Shown here piece by piece: positions 32,835 to 40,280 of a stretch of 64,000 bases of DNA. Origin of the DNA: an uncultured virus (IMG/VR IMGVR_UViG_3300001242_000018) (Duplodnaviria; Heunggongvirae; Uroviricota; Caudoviricetes); the IMG/VR virus record IMGVR_UViG_3300001242_000018, positions 62,001 to 126,000 of that record; one strand, written 5' to 3'. Each line of letters starts with the position of its first letter. Position 1 is the first letter of the stretch. Below the pieces are notes generated by a model. It ran no database searches. It was not told the origin of the DNA and saw only the letters and a program-made list of their open reading frames with translations. The position numbers were made by a program, and so were the translations under genes.

Positions 32835-32845
32835 TAGCGATTACC

Positions 32846-33019
32846 ATGATAATGGGTAACTGGAAAGAAAGACCCGCTACGCCGGTTCAAATGGCATTTG
32901 TTAAAGCACTATCCGGGAGAGATTGTGACGAATTAACAAAGGGTAAAGCTACATCAATCGTACGTAATAAGGTAAATAAGATCCGAAAGAAGGTAAGAAA
33001 GATTGAACAGTCTAAATAA
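32846..33019 (+). CDS. Small 57-aa protein missing from the ORF track
   Basis: Translated by hand: MIMGNWKERPATPVQMAFVKALSGRDCDELTKGKATSIVRNKVNKIRKKVRKIEQSK; has the common 'W...PAT..Q...LTKG.AS..I' helical pattern and fills the gap exactly. Confidence 0.55.
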   Translation: MIMGNWKERPATPVQMAFVKALSGRDCDELTKGKATSIVRNKVNKIRKKVRKIEQSK

Positions 33020-33290
33020 TATTCATGCGTTTCATTTAACGATGGCTAATAAGAATGCATTTATCTTTGTAAATAAAGCTGCCAACATAACCTCTATAAC
33101 CGTAACACAAATAATTGAAACATTGATACAAAAGTATAATGTTTCAGAGGTATTATATACTGTTAAGGAAATGCCAGTACGGAGTAAAAATCCCGAACAA
33201 CTTTCCTACGAGTTAAATACCAAGAATACGGTAGAAGAGGTTAGAGAGCAGATAGAAGAAATCTTTATGCGCTGCGTAACTTGTCAGTAA
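33003..33290 (+). CDS. Hypothetical protein
   Basis: 95-aa ORF in the operon. Confidence 0.45.
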   Translation: MNSLNNIHAFHLTMANKNAFIFVNKAANITSITVTQIIETLIQKYNVSEVLYTVKEMPVRSKNPEQLSYELNTKNTVEEVREQIEEIFMRCVTCQ

Positions 33291-33305
33291 AGTAGGTAGT
33301 CACAA

Positions 33306-34070
33306 TTGGTTGTAGATATTAAAGAGCTTAATACTTATATGCAATGTCCTCTAATGTGGAAGCTCAAATACAAAGACAATCTAATACCCCAAAAGAGATT
33401 CATGGTACATGAGGTATTTAATCAGGCTATACATCAGTTATTCTACTACTTATTTAATCAGGTACAGAATAACTATTACCCATCTGGCTATCATGTAAAG
33501 CAAGCTTGGGGTAGAATATGGTGTCCCGGCAGAAGTATGCAACAGATCCTTTCACACTTATACTCGAATGGTAATAAGATAACATATAATCCTCGTTTTA
33601 AGGAACGGCAAGGGCTGGATATAGGCCTTAGATTAAGGGAGCAATATAAAGAGAAGCCAGGTGTTCCCATACTGGTAGGACAAACCTACACCGTTCCATT
33701 GGGTCGCCACACCGTATCAGGATTGATAGAACTGGTTAGAATTGTCGATGAAGAAGTCGAACTTATTGATGTCAGAATGTCTAAGCGTAGAGCCGAACAA
33801 ACGCAATTAAAGCACGATGTAGAATTGACAGCGGCTTCCTTTGCCTTAAGGTACCTTCTTAAGACAAAGGAGAGCTATGTCCAATACCTGTATTTAGATA
33901 CTGGTGCTATATATAAAAGTACCAGAGGTACAGAAGATTACAAACGACTGGTTAAGATACTGGATAACTTCGAAAAAGCTATCAAACATGAATTAATTGT
34001 ACCTAACCTGGGTGGTCAGTGTCATACCTGCTCGTACCGATTACACTGTCTAAGAAAACAGTGGTTTTAG
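33306..34070 (+). CDS. RecB/Cas4-like PD-(D/E)XK family protein with a four-Cys (Fe-S) staple
   Basis: 'YMQCP' at the N-terminus, 'CHTCSYRLHC' at the C-terminus, 'SGLIELV' and 'LIDVR' core. Confidence 0.7.
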   Translation: MVVDIKELNTYMQCPLMWKLKYKDNLIPQKRFMVHEVFNQAIHQLFYYLFNQVQNNYYPSGYHVKQAWGRIWCPGRSMQQILSHLYSNGNKITYNPRFKERQGLDIGLRLREQYKEKPGVPILVGQTYTVPLGRHTVSGLIELVRIVDEEVELIDVRMSKRRAEQTQLKHDVELTAASFALRYLLKTKESYVQYLYLDTGAIYKSTRGTEDYKRLVKILDNFEKAIKHELIVPNLGGQCHTCSYRLHCLRKQWF

Positions 34071-34079
34071 GAGGACTAC

Positions 34080-34667
34080 ATGATTACATTTAGAAACGCC
34101 CGTACGGGCCAACCTGTATTTAAAGAATCAGATGATGGTAAACTTGAAATTCTCGATCCTGACTTAAAAGAACAATGGGATGCTCAGGAACGTATTGAAG
34201 ATTCCGTTCGAGAGTCGTCCACCGTTACTGAATCGACTAATAATATACTTAAAGTACCTGCTGGAAATATGATAGAGGCTTTAGCGAGCCATGAGAAACT
34301 TCATAAATGGCACAAAGAGGGAGCTCCTGAAGGATGGACTCAGGAGAGTATCGAACAAGAACATAGCCGGTTAACACGTACTGTATTAGCCCGAGGTTGG
34401 AAACATTATTCAAGAGAAGGAAATACATTAGATACTACACTAGCCGGCGATCTAGCTAAACGTACTTCTAAAGTAATAGAAGCTGAAGTAGTAACATTAA
34501 CCAACTCTCATGGAAAACTTCATGCTGCATATAGTAATACCAAGGCAGAAAAGTTAGAATCATTGCATACTCAAATAGTAACTAAGATGCTGGAAATGAG
34601 TATTGGTCACAATGTATCCGATGCGCTTGACGAGACACTGCCTACCAATCTTAAAGAATGGGGGTAG
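34080..34667 (+). CDS. Hypothetical protein with a duplicated His-rich helical repeat
   Basis: Two 'H.KLH...E..H.......H...LD.TL' units. Confidence 0.5.
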   Translation: MITFRNARTGQPVFKESDDGKLEILDPDLKEQWDAQERIEDSVRESSTVTESTNNILKVPAGNMIEALASHEKLHKWHKEGAPEGWTQESIEQEHSRLTRTVLARGWKHYSREGNTLDTTLAGDLAKRTSKVIEAEVVTLTNSHGKLHAAYSNTKAEKLESLHTQIVTKMLEMSIGHNVSDALDETLPTNLKEWG

Positions 34668-34671
34668 ATCG

Positions 34672-35217
34672 ATGTCTATAGTTATGTTTGTAGACGGTAG
34701 TTTGACCTCTAGCGGAATCGCTATTGGCCAGTGCGAGTTCAATACACATCTTCCAAATATCATGTATATCGAAAGAGTGACAACTAATAGTAAACATCCT
34801 CTAGAAAAGAGATTAAGTCATATCTTTAACCGTGTTGACACTTTAATCAAGGAGTTCCAGGTAGAGTATATGATAATGGAAGAGAAATTTCTCGGCAAGA
34901 GTACTAGTGTAAAGAACGCACTCTCTATGGGTAAGGCTGACGGAGTTATACAGCTCGCAGCCGGACTTAATAACATCAGGGTCGGTACATTTGAAAACGG
35001 ACAAATCAAATTTACAATTACAGGATTTAAACATGCGGAGAAAGAAGAAGTAATGTTGAAGGTCGTTGATATATTTAAGAACCAACCAGTTGTATTAAAA
35101 CATATTATACCGGAGTATATCGGAAAGAAACGGGCTCCTAAGCAAGATGATATGGCAGATGCAGTGGCGGGTTTATATACCTACAATATAATACCTACAT
35201 CAATCAAAGAGGCCTAA
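34672..35217 (+). CDS. ruvC: RuvC Holliday junction resolvase
   Basis: 'FVDGSLTSSGIA', 'IMEE.F', 'KFTITG.KHAEKEEV', 'DDMADAVA'. Confidence 0.85.
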   Translation: MSIVMFVDGSLTSSGIAIGQCEFNTHLPNIMYIERVTTNSKHPLEKRLSHIFNRVDTLIKEFQVEYMIMEEKFLGKSTSVKNALSMGKADGVIQLAAGLNNIRVGTFENGQIKFTITGFKHAEKEEVMLKVVDIFKNQPVVLKHIIPEYIGKKRAPKQDDMADAVAGLYTYNIIPTSIKEA

Positions 35218-35222
35218 TCTAA

Positions 35223-35999
35223 TTGCTTGAATACAAAGAGTTAGATGATCTGGTCAGGCGATATCGAGACGGAGATAATGATGCGGCTAATGAAATCGTT
35301 AGACATTTTGAAGGTTTTATCATGAAGTTTATAAACCTCATCAAATATGGCCGGCTCGATATATCTGACACATCTCTTCGTTCATATGTAGGTTTATATA
35401 TCAAAAAACCTTACGTACTGAAACGATTACACGGCTATTACAAGTACAAGGATGTTGTTGAAGAGATCCTTAAACGTGCATCCTGGATACAAAACATATT
35501 CAAGAATAATGAAAAAGAAGAAGTGTACAATGAACTTGTTTGTATCTTACTCGAAATGGCCAATAGGTATAAGTTACGGGACGATGGGGTTTACTGCTTT
35601 CATACCTATGTGCAGAAATCATTTCACTATTACGTACATAGGCACCTGCAAAAGTTAATTACAGATCCTTCAGCTTTCGCTAACGAACTAACGAACTTTA
35701 ATTATACAGATGAAGAACTTGATAACCAGGACTTCATCGATAACTTAATATACAAGCAGGGTCGATGTAAACAAACTGAACTCACAAGTGAAATAGATGA
35801 AAACTGGATTTGCGGATTTACATGTGAAGAAGCTTATTTAAAGTTTAATCCCCTGGATAGACGAATCTTGCAGTTATACTACATCTACGAGATGTCAGAT
35901 CAGAAGATAGCAAATACACTGGGCCTGTGTAGAGCTACTATAAATCGGAAACGTTTAGCTGCCAAAACATATATTAAAGGACACTCCGACCATGAATAA
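35223..35999 (+). CDS. Sigma-70 family phage sigma factor
   Basis: 'LVRRYRDGDNDAANEIVRHF', region 2 'EEVYNE...LLEMANRY...FHTYV', region 4 HTH 'SDQKIANTLGLCRATINRK'. Confidence 0.75.
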   Translation: MLEYKELDDLVRRYRDGDNDAANEIVRHFEGFIMKFINLIKYGRLDISDTSLRSYVGLYIKKPYVLKRLHGYYKYKDVVEEILKRASWIQNIFKNNEKEEVYNELVCILLEMANRYKLRDDGVYCFHTYVQKSFHYYVHRHLQKLITDPSAFANELTNFNYTDEELDNQDFIDNLIYKQGRCKQTELTSEIDENWICGFTCEEAYLKFNPLDRRILQLYYIYEMSDQKIANTLGLCRATINRKRLAAKTYIKGHSDHE

Positions 36000-36420
36000 A
36001 GGTAAACCGAAAGTAAAACCCAGAAACAGCAAGGGCCCTTACAACTCTAAACGCGAGTGGAAAGTAATGATGCTGTTTAATAAGATATTGCCAAATTTAA
36101 TAGCCATAGATAACGGGTTTTATTCATGGCTTAAAAGCCCCCATGGTAGTCCTATGCAATTAGATAGGTACTATCCTGAGTTAAAGTTGGCTATCGAAGT
36201 TGATGGTCGGCAACATGTTCAATATTCAACGTACTTTCATTCTTCAATCGACGCATTTGAACATCAGAAACGATGTGACAAGATCAAGAATAAAGTTTGT
36301 AATGAACGTGGTATTAAGCTAATCAGAATACGTTACGATATGCCCCTTAACTTAGAGTCCTTATTAAGGAGACTAAGGAGAGTGGGTATTACTGTACCGT
36401 CGCCGTTGAAAGGGGAATAG
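35992..36420 (+). CDS. DUF559/Vsr-like endonuclease
   Basis: 'LDRYYPELKLAIEVDGRQH...D..K...C...GI.LIRI.Y'. Confidence 0.8.
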   Translation: MNKGKPKVKPRNSKGPYNSKREWKVMMLFNKILPNLIAIDNGFYSWLKSPHGSPMQLDRYYPELKLAIEVDGRQHVQYSTYFHSSIDAFEHQKRCDKIKNKVCNERGIKLIRIRYDMPLNLESLLRRLRRVGITVPSPLKGE

Positions 36421-36422
36421 TC

Positions 36423-36779
36423 ATGCTTGCCAGAAATAATAAAGGTACAATTGTTCAACCAGAACAAGAAACCATTATTAGCAAATGGATAGCTGACGGC
36501 GTACGTTACCTAATAGGCTTTAATGCGACAGGTAGCTGGTCTGCTGAATTTAGAATGTATGTTAGAAACCTAACACCTCAATGGTGGGATGCTAACTTTC
36601 CAAATCAAACATTCGATGATAGCAATCCATGGTACGCTCAGCAAGTTCATCCTAATATGAGAAATGCTTATATTGCAGACAGGGGTATACTATTACCTGC
36701 AAATGCGGAGGTAACCCTTTGCGTATTTCATGAAGCGCCAGGAGAACAAATATATAAAGGTACAATTCTTGGTGGTTAA
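36423..36779 (+). CDS. Hypothetical protein
   Basis: 118-aa ORF with SD AAGGGG. Confidence 0.5.
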   Translation: MLARNNKGTIVQPEQETIISKWIADGVRYLIGFNATGSWSAEFRMYVRNLTPQWWDANFPNQTFDDSNPWYAQQVHPNMRNAYIADRGILLPANAEVTLCVFHEAPGEQIYKGTILGG

Positions 36780-36785
36780 ATTATA

Positions 36786-38288
36786 ATGCCTAATATATCA
36801 TATGTCTCTCCACAAACATTAACCAGTGGTGATATAGCTACGATTACCGGTACGGGTTTTGGCGCATCCGGAATGGTATACATCAATGGCTATGAGACTT
36901 CTTACGATTCATGGGCAGATAATAAGATAATACTTACTATACCTTCACGGTTTATAGACCAATCGATGTCCTTTATAGTTAAGACAGAAGTTGGCTACAG
37001 TAACTCGGTCGTTGTTAATATAGCGGCAGTCGGTAATAATCCAATTATAAACAGGATCGATCCAATTGAACCGGACGAAGATAGCTATATAGCTATCTAT
37101 GGGCAAGGTTTTGGTAACGATACTGGAGCCGTTTACATCGGAGGTAGACCAGCTCAATTAGTTACTTGGATGGATACTCGTATAGAGTGTCTATTACCTA
37201 ACAGTATCTCAGAATATGCCGAAGTTATTGTTCAACAATTTACATTAAAGAGTTCTGCCTATCTACTCTGGATTAAGATGTATCCTGTGATTAACGGAAT
37301 TCTAAATCCAGTTGCGGGACAGGAAATGACTATTAACGGTGTAAACTTTAGAGCACAGATGGGTAAGATTTATGTAAACGATATAGAACTTACACCTACT
37401 TATTGGTCAGACAGTAGTATAAGAATAAATCTACCATCGGTAGCAAGAGGACAAGCTACTGTTAAAGTTACTACACTGAGCGGAGTAACTTCTGAGTACT
37501 ATAATTTCCAGATTCATTCTAGTCCTGAGATTATAAGTCACGAGCCGGTCAAGGTTTTACAAGGTAGAGAGTTTACTCTCATTGGAAATGGCTTCTTAGA
37601 CCATGGTAATGTCACCATCAATGGAGTACCATTGATGGTCTTGGAATGGATACCTCCAGACAGGGTTAGAGTAGTTCCGCCAGCCAACTTTACCGGTACT
37701 CAACAGGTTATTGTCGAATGTGATGGATTAGTAAGTCTTCCACACAGCTTAGTAATATCCCCGAACCCTGAAATAAGATCTACCAGTCCGATAAAACCTA
37801 TTCAAAGACAGGTAACGACTGTCTTTGGTGTTAACTTTGGCGAATCTGGGACAATCTTTATTAATAATACTCCTGTAGCTACAGAGTACTGGTCTGATAC
37901 GGAGATATCATTATTCATTCCCTCGACGGTAATTGGTACTATTAAATTCAAGGTACTTACTAGTGGAGAGTTTAGTAATGAATTTATAGCAGATGTAATA
38001 ACCGTAGAAGAAGAAGCGCCTACCTATCATATCTGGAACGAGCCATTAGGAATTATCACGTACCATATGATGATAGAAGAGGATGAGCAATTTCAGGTTA
38101 CTATAGGCGTTCCGTATAAGGTAGGTACAAATGAACTCGCGGTCTATGTAAACGGCAGCCGGCAAAGCCCAATAACCGAGGCAACACCCTGGGGAGCTTA
38201 CGCTGAGACCAATCCTACTACAATCGAATTTGACGAACCACTTATCAAAGGCGATATATTAATACTGGAGATAAGGAGATTTAGCTAA
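36786..38288 (+). CDS. IPT/TIG repeat protein
   Basis: Five 'P.I....P....G....I.G.GFG..G.V.I.G......W.D..I...P' units. Confidence 0.8.
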   Translation: MPNISYVSPQTLTSGDIATITGTGFGASGMVYINGYETSYDSWADNKIILTIPSRFIDQSMSFIVKTEVGYSNSVVVNIAAVGNNPIINRIDPIEPDEDSYIAIYGQGFGNDTGAVYIGGRPAQLVTWMDTRIECLLPNSISEYAEVIVQQFTLKSSAYLLWIKMYPVINGILNPVAGQEMTINGVNFRAQMGKIYVNDIELTPTYWSDSSIRINLPSVARGQATVKVTTLSGVTSEYYNFQIHSSPEIISHEPVKVLQGREFTLIGNGFLDHGNVTINGVPLMVLEWIPPDRVRVVPPANFTGTQQVIVECDGLVSLPHSLVISPNPEIRSTSPIKPIQRQVTTVFGVNFGESGTIFINNTPVATEYWSDTEISLFIPSTVIGTIKFKVLTSGEFSNEFIADVITVEEEAPTYHIWNEPLGIITYHMMIEEDEQFQVTIGVPYKVGTNELAVYVNGSRQSPITEATPWGAYAETNPTTIEFDEPLIKGDILILEIRRFS

Positions 38289-38563
38289 TGTATACGGCTG
38301 CATCTTCTTATGTAGCCTTGAATAGCCAGGGTGCTGAAATAACATGGAAGCCTAGTAGAGCAACTGACTTAGCCGGATATAACATACTGGTATCTAATCG
38401 GCAGGAAGGCCCGTACACAAACTTAAATAAGAATCTTATTACAAGTACTAAGTTTACAACTCCAGAGCTACGCTATGGCTGTTATTACTTTATTGTTACA
38501 GCAGTCGATAAGAGAGGCAATACCAGTATTACATCAGAACCTACAAAGCTTGACATTAAATAA
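38288..38563 (+). CDS. Single FN3-domain protein
   Basis: 'ITWKP....DLAGYNI...YYFIVTAVDKRGN.S..S'. Confidence 0.75.
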   Translation: MYTAASSYVALNSQGAEITWKPSRATDLAGYNILVSNRQEGPYTNLNKNLITSTKFTTPELRYGCYYFIVTAVDKRGNTSITSEPTKLDIK

Positions 38564-38582
38564 GCGGGCAATCCGCTTATTT
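38558..38582 (+). terminator. Intrinsic terminator
   Basis: AAATAAGCGG-GCAAT-CCGCTTATTT hairpin at the FN3 stop codon. Confidence 0.65.
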
Positions 38583-38655
38583 AATGTCATATATTACATA
38601 TTATTAAACCTACACAAAATGTCGTATAATGTCGTATAATATTTATAGAAAATAG

Positions 38656-38684
38656 GTATAAACCATGTCACATAGTACATACTA
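38656..38684 (+). promoter_or_regulatory. Candidate sporulation sigma (SigG/SigE-type) promoter
   Basis: GTATA-17 nt-CATACTA directly upstream of the SD. Confidence 0.5.
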
Positions 38685-38712
38685 TTAGACAAGGGGGGAG
38701 AGGTGATGCTAG

Positions 38713-39021
38713 ACGAGTGGAATAACGCATTTAATTGCTGGAGTCGTGCTTGGTAAATTATCGGGATTAGATACTGTCCTAGTTGCAATCGGTAGCCTTC
38801 TCCCGGATGCTGATTGTCGTAATAGTTATGTTGGACGGTTTCTACCAATGTGGTTATTTACCAAACATCGTGGATTCCTTCATACGATTGATGTAGCTTT
38901 AATTCTAATGGTTATTTCGTTTCCACTGGGTTTAGGGTACCTATCTCACCTGGCTCTGGATAGGCATCTTAAATTCAGTAAGTTTACTCATAGGTTCATG
39001 GAATATATAAAACCCTCTTAA
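38713..39021 (+). CDS. YdjM-like membrane metal-dependent hydrolase (probable ACG start)
   Basis: '(M)SGITHLIAG', 'GSLLPDAD', 'HRGFLH', 'GYLSHLALD'; GGAGGTG + 7 nt + ACG, in frame with ORF 38746. Confidence 0.75.
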   Translation, partial: TSGITHLIAGVVLGKLSGLDTVLVAIGSLLPDADCRNSYVGRFLPMWLFTKHRGFLHTIDVALILMVISFPLGLGYLSHLALDRHLKFSKFTHRFMEYIKPS

Positions 39022-39044
39022 CTTAAGAGGGTTTTCTTTTCTTT
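39009..39044 (+). terminator. Intrinsic terminator
   Basis: AAAACCCTCTTAA-C-TTAAGAGGGTTTT followed by CTTTTCTTT. Confidence 0.75.
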
Positions 39045-39233
39045 ATAGGCACTATTTACTTGGTATATAAAATAAACTAGATAAATAAACCTATGTTAGC
39101 ATATATATTAACAAACCGGTATCGGTAGTCTAGATCTTATTATGAATAGATGTAGTGTATCTTTGTGACGCCAGTTAATCCGGTGTTGTTGTCTTATATG
39201 TGTTAACGAATACCTTATAGGAGGTTTAACTAA

Positions 39234-39452
39234 ATGGATTATATTCAATGCTTTGAAAAGAACTTAGACATGGCTATGAAGACTATGCGAAAGTTTCGTG
39301 AAGAGTGTAGCAAACCTACCAAGATAAATGCTACTAGCGGCAATAGGTTAATCATATACTTAGATGCACTACAGGCTGAGGTTGAAGAGATTAAAGAAGG
39401 TATCAAGGAGGTAAATAGAGGTGAACAAAAGGGGAGTGAAATCGTTAATTAA
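39234..39452 (+). CDS. Small helical hypothetical protein
   Basis: AGGAGG SD, 72 aa. Confidence 0.55.
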   Translation: MDYIQCFEKNLDMAMKTMRKFREECSKPTKINATSGNRLIIYLDALQAEVEEIKEGIKEVNRGEQKGSEIVN

Positions 39453-39555
39453 AGGTATCATCGTTATCGTTTTGACAATCATCGTTATTACTAATCTTGT
39501 AGCCTCTGTTCCTCATACTACGCAAGAACAGCGGTATCCTATAGTATATTTATAG
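39421..39555 (+). CDS. Small single-TM peptide missing from the ORF track
   Basis: Translated by hand: MNKRGVKSLIKGIIVIVLTIIVITNLVASVPHTTQEQRYPIVYL; AAGGAGG upstream. Confidence 0.5.
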   Translation: MNKRGVKSLIKGIIVIVLTIIVITNLVASVPHTTQEQRYPIVYL

Positions 39556-39568
39556 GAGGTGTTGATTT

Positions 39569-39883
39569 ATCATTCCGCTATGGCTTATCAAGGGTGTTGT
39601 AATCTTAGGGGTCGGAGCTTTTCTTGGCTCTCACTGCTCTAGTAGTGGTCAGATTCCCGCAAGTAGCCAGGGAAATGGAGATTTACTAAAGAGAGTGCAG
39701 GTTATGCAAGAAGATTACCGTGGGAAAATTGTAAGAGGTGGTATAGGAAAAGAGATTTTCTGGGCTATCGTTAAAGATGGGAAGGTTAAAGAAGTAGAGC
39801 TGCATAATGAATGGGGCCAGATGATTAAAAACAGTGAGGAAGAAGAGTATGTAAAACAGAGTTTAAATGAAAGGAGACTGTAA
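39569..39883 (+). CDS. Membrane-anchored small protein (probable ATC start; extends ORF 39695)
   Basis: AGGAGGTG + 7 nt + ATC opens 'IPLWLIKGVVILGVGAFLGSHC...' in frame with ORF 39695-39883. Confidence 0.5.
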   Translation: MIPLWLIKGVVILGVGAFLGSHCSSSGQIPASSQGNGDLLKRVQVMQEDYRGKIVRGGIGKEIFWAIVKDGKVKEVELHNEWGQMIKNSEEEEYVKQSLNERRL

Positions 39884-39884
39884 T

Positions 39885-40280
39885 ATGAGAATGATAGTAT
39901 GTAATGTGAGAAAGCCTAAACCCAACGTGAAGAAAGTTGAAGAGCTTAAATCTCTCCGTAGATTCTGTGCAATGGCTTTTGTAGCTGTAGAGGCTGTAAA
40001 GTTAACAACACCGGCACCTGTCATGGCAGCGATAAGCGGTAGTACTAAAGCTGCTGCGGCGGCCGCTACCTTCGGAATTGGAGGCCCTGGATTTATCATT
40101 ATAGAGGTTCTTTTGATAGCTATTGTAGGCGGAATTACTGCTACCATAGCCTCTACCATCGGTTATGGCAACGTAGCTAGGCTTCTAGTCTTTATTGGTA
40201 CTATGGTATGCGTAGGACTTATCTGTGACTTAGCTGGAGGTGTTGTTAATAAAGTAATGGACTTTGCGGGGATGTACTAA
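39885..40280 (+). CDS. Membrane protein with SpoIIIAC/AD-like or pilin-like C-terminal TM hairpin
   Basis: 'LIAIVGGITATIASTIGYGNVARLLVFIGTMVCVGLICDL...VNKV'; start after AAGGAG. Confidence 0.45.
   Translation: MRMIVCNVRKPKPNVKKVEELKSLRRFCAMAFVAVEAVKLTTPAPVMAAISGSTKAAAAAATFGIGGPGFIIIEVLLIAIVGGITATIASTIGYGNVARLLVFIGTMVCVGLICDLAGGVVNKVMDFAGMY

Noticed and set aside
33306..34070. CRISPR-associated Cas4
   Set aside because: No cas1/cas2 or array; the context is a replication-recombination operon
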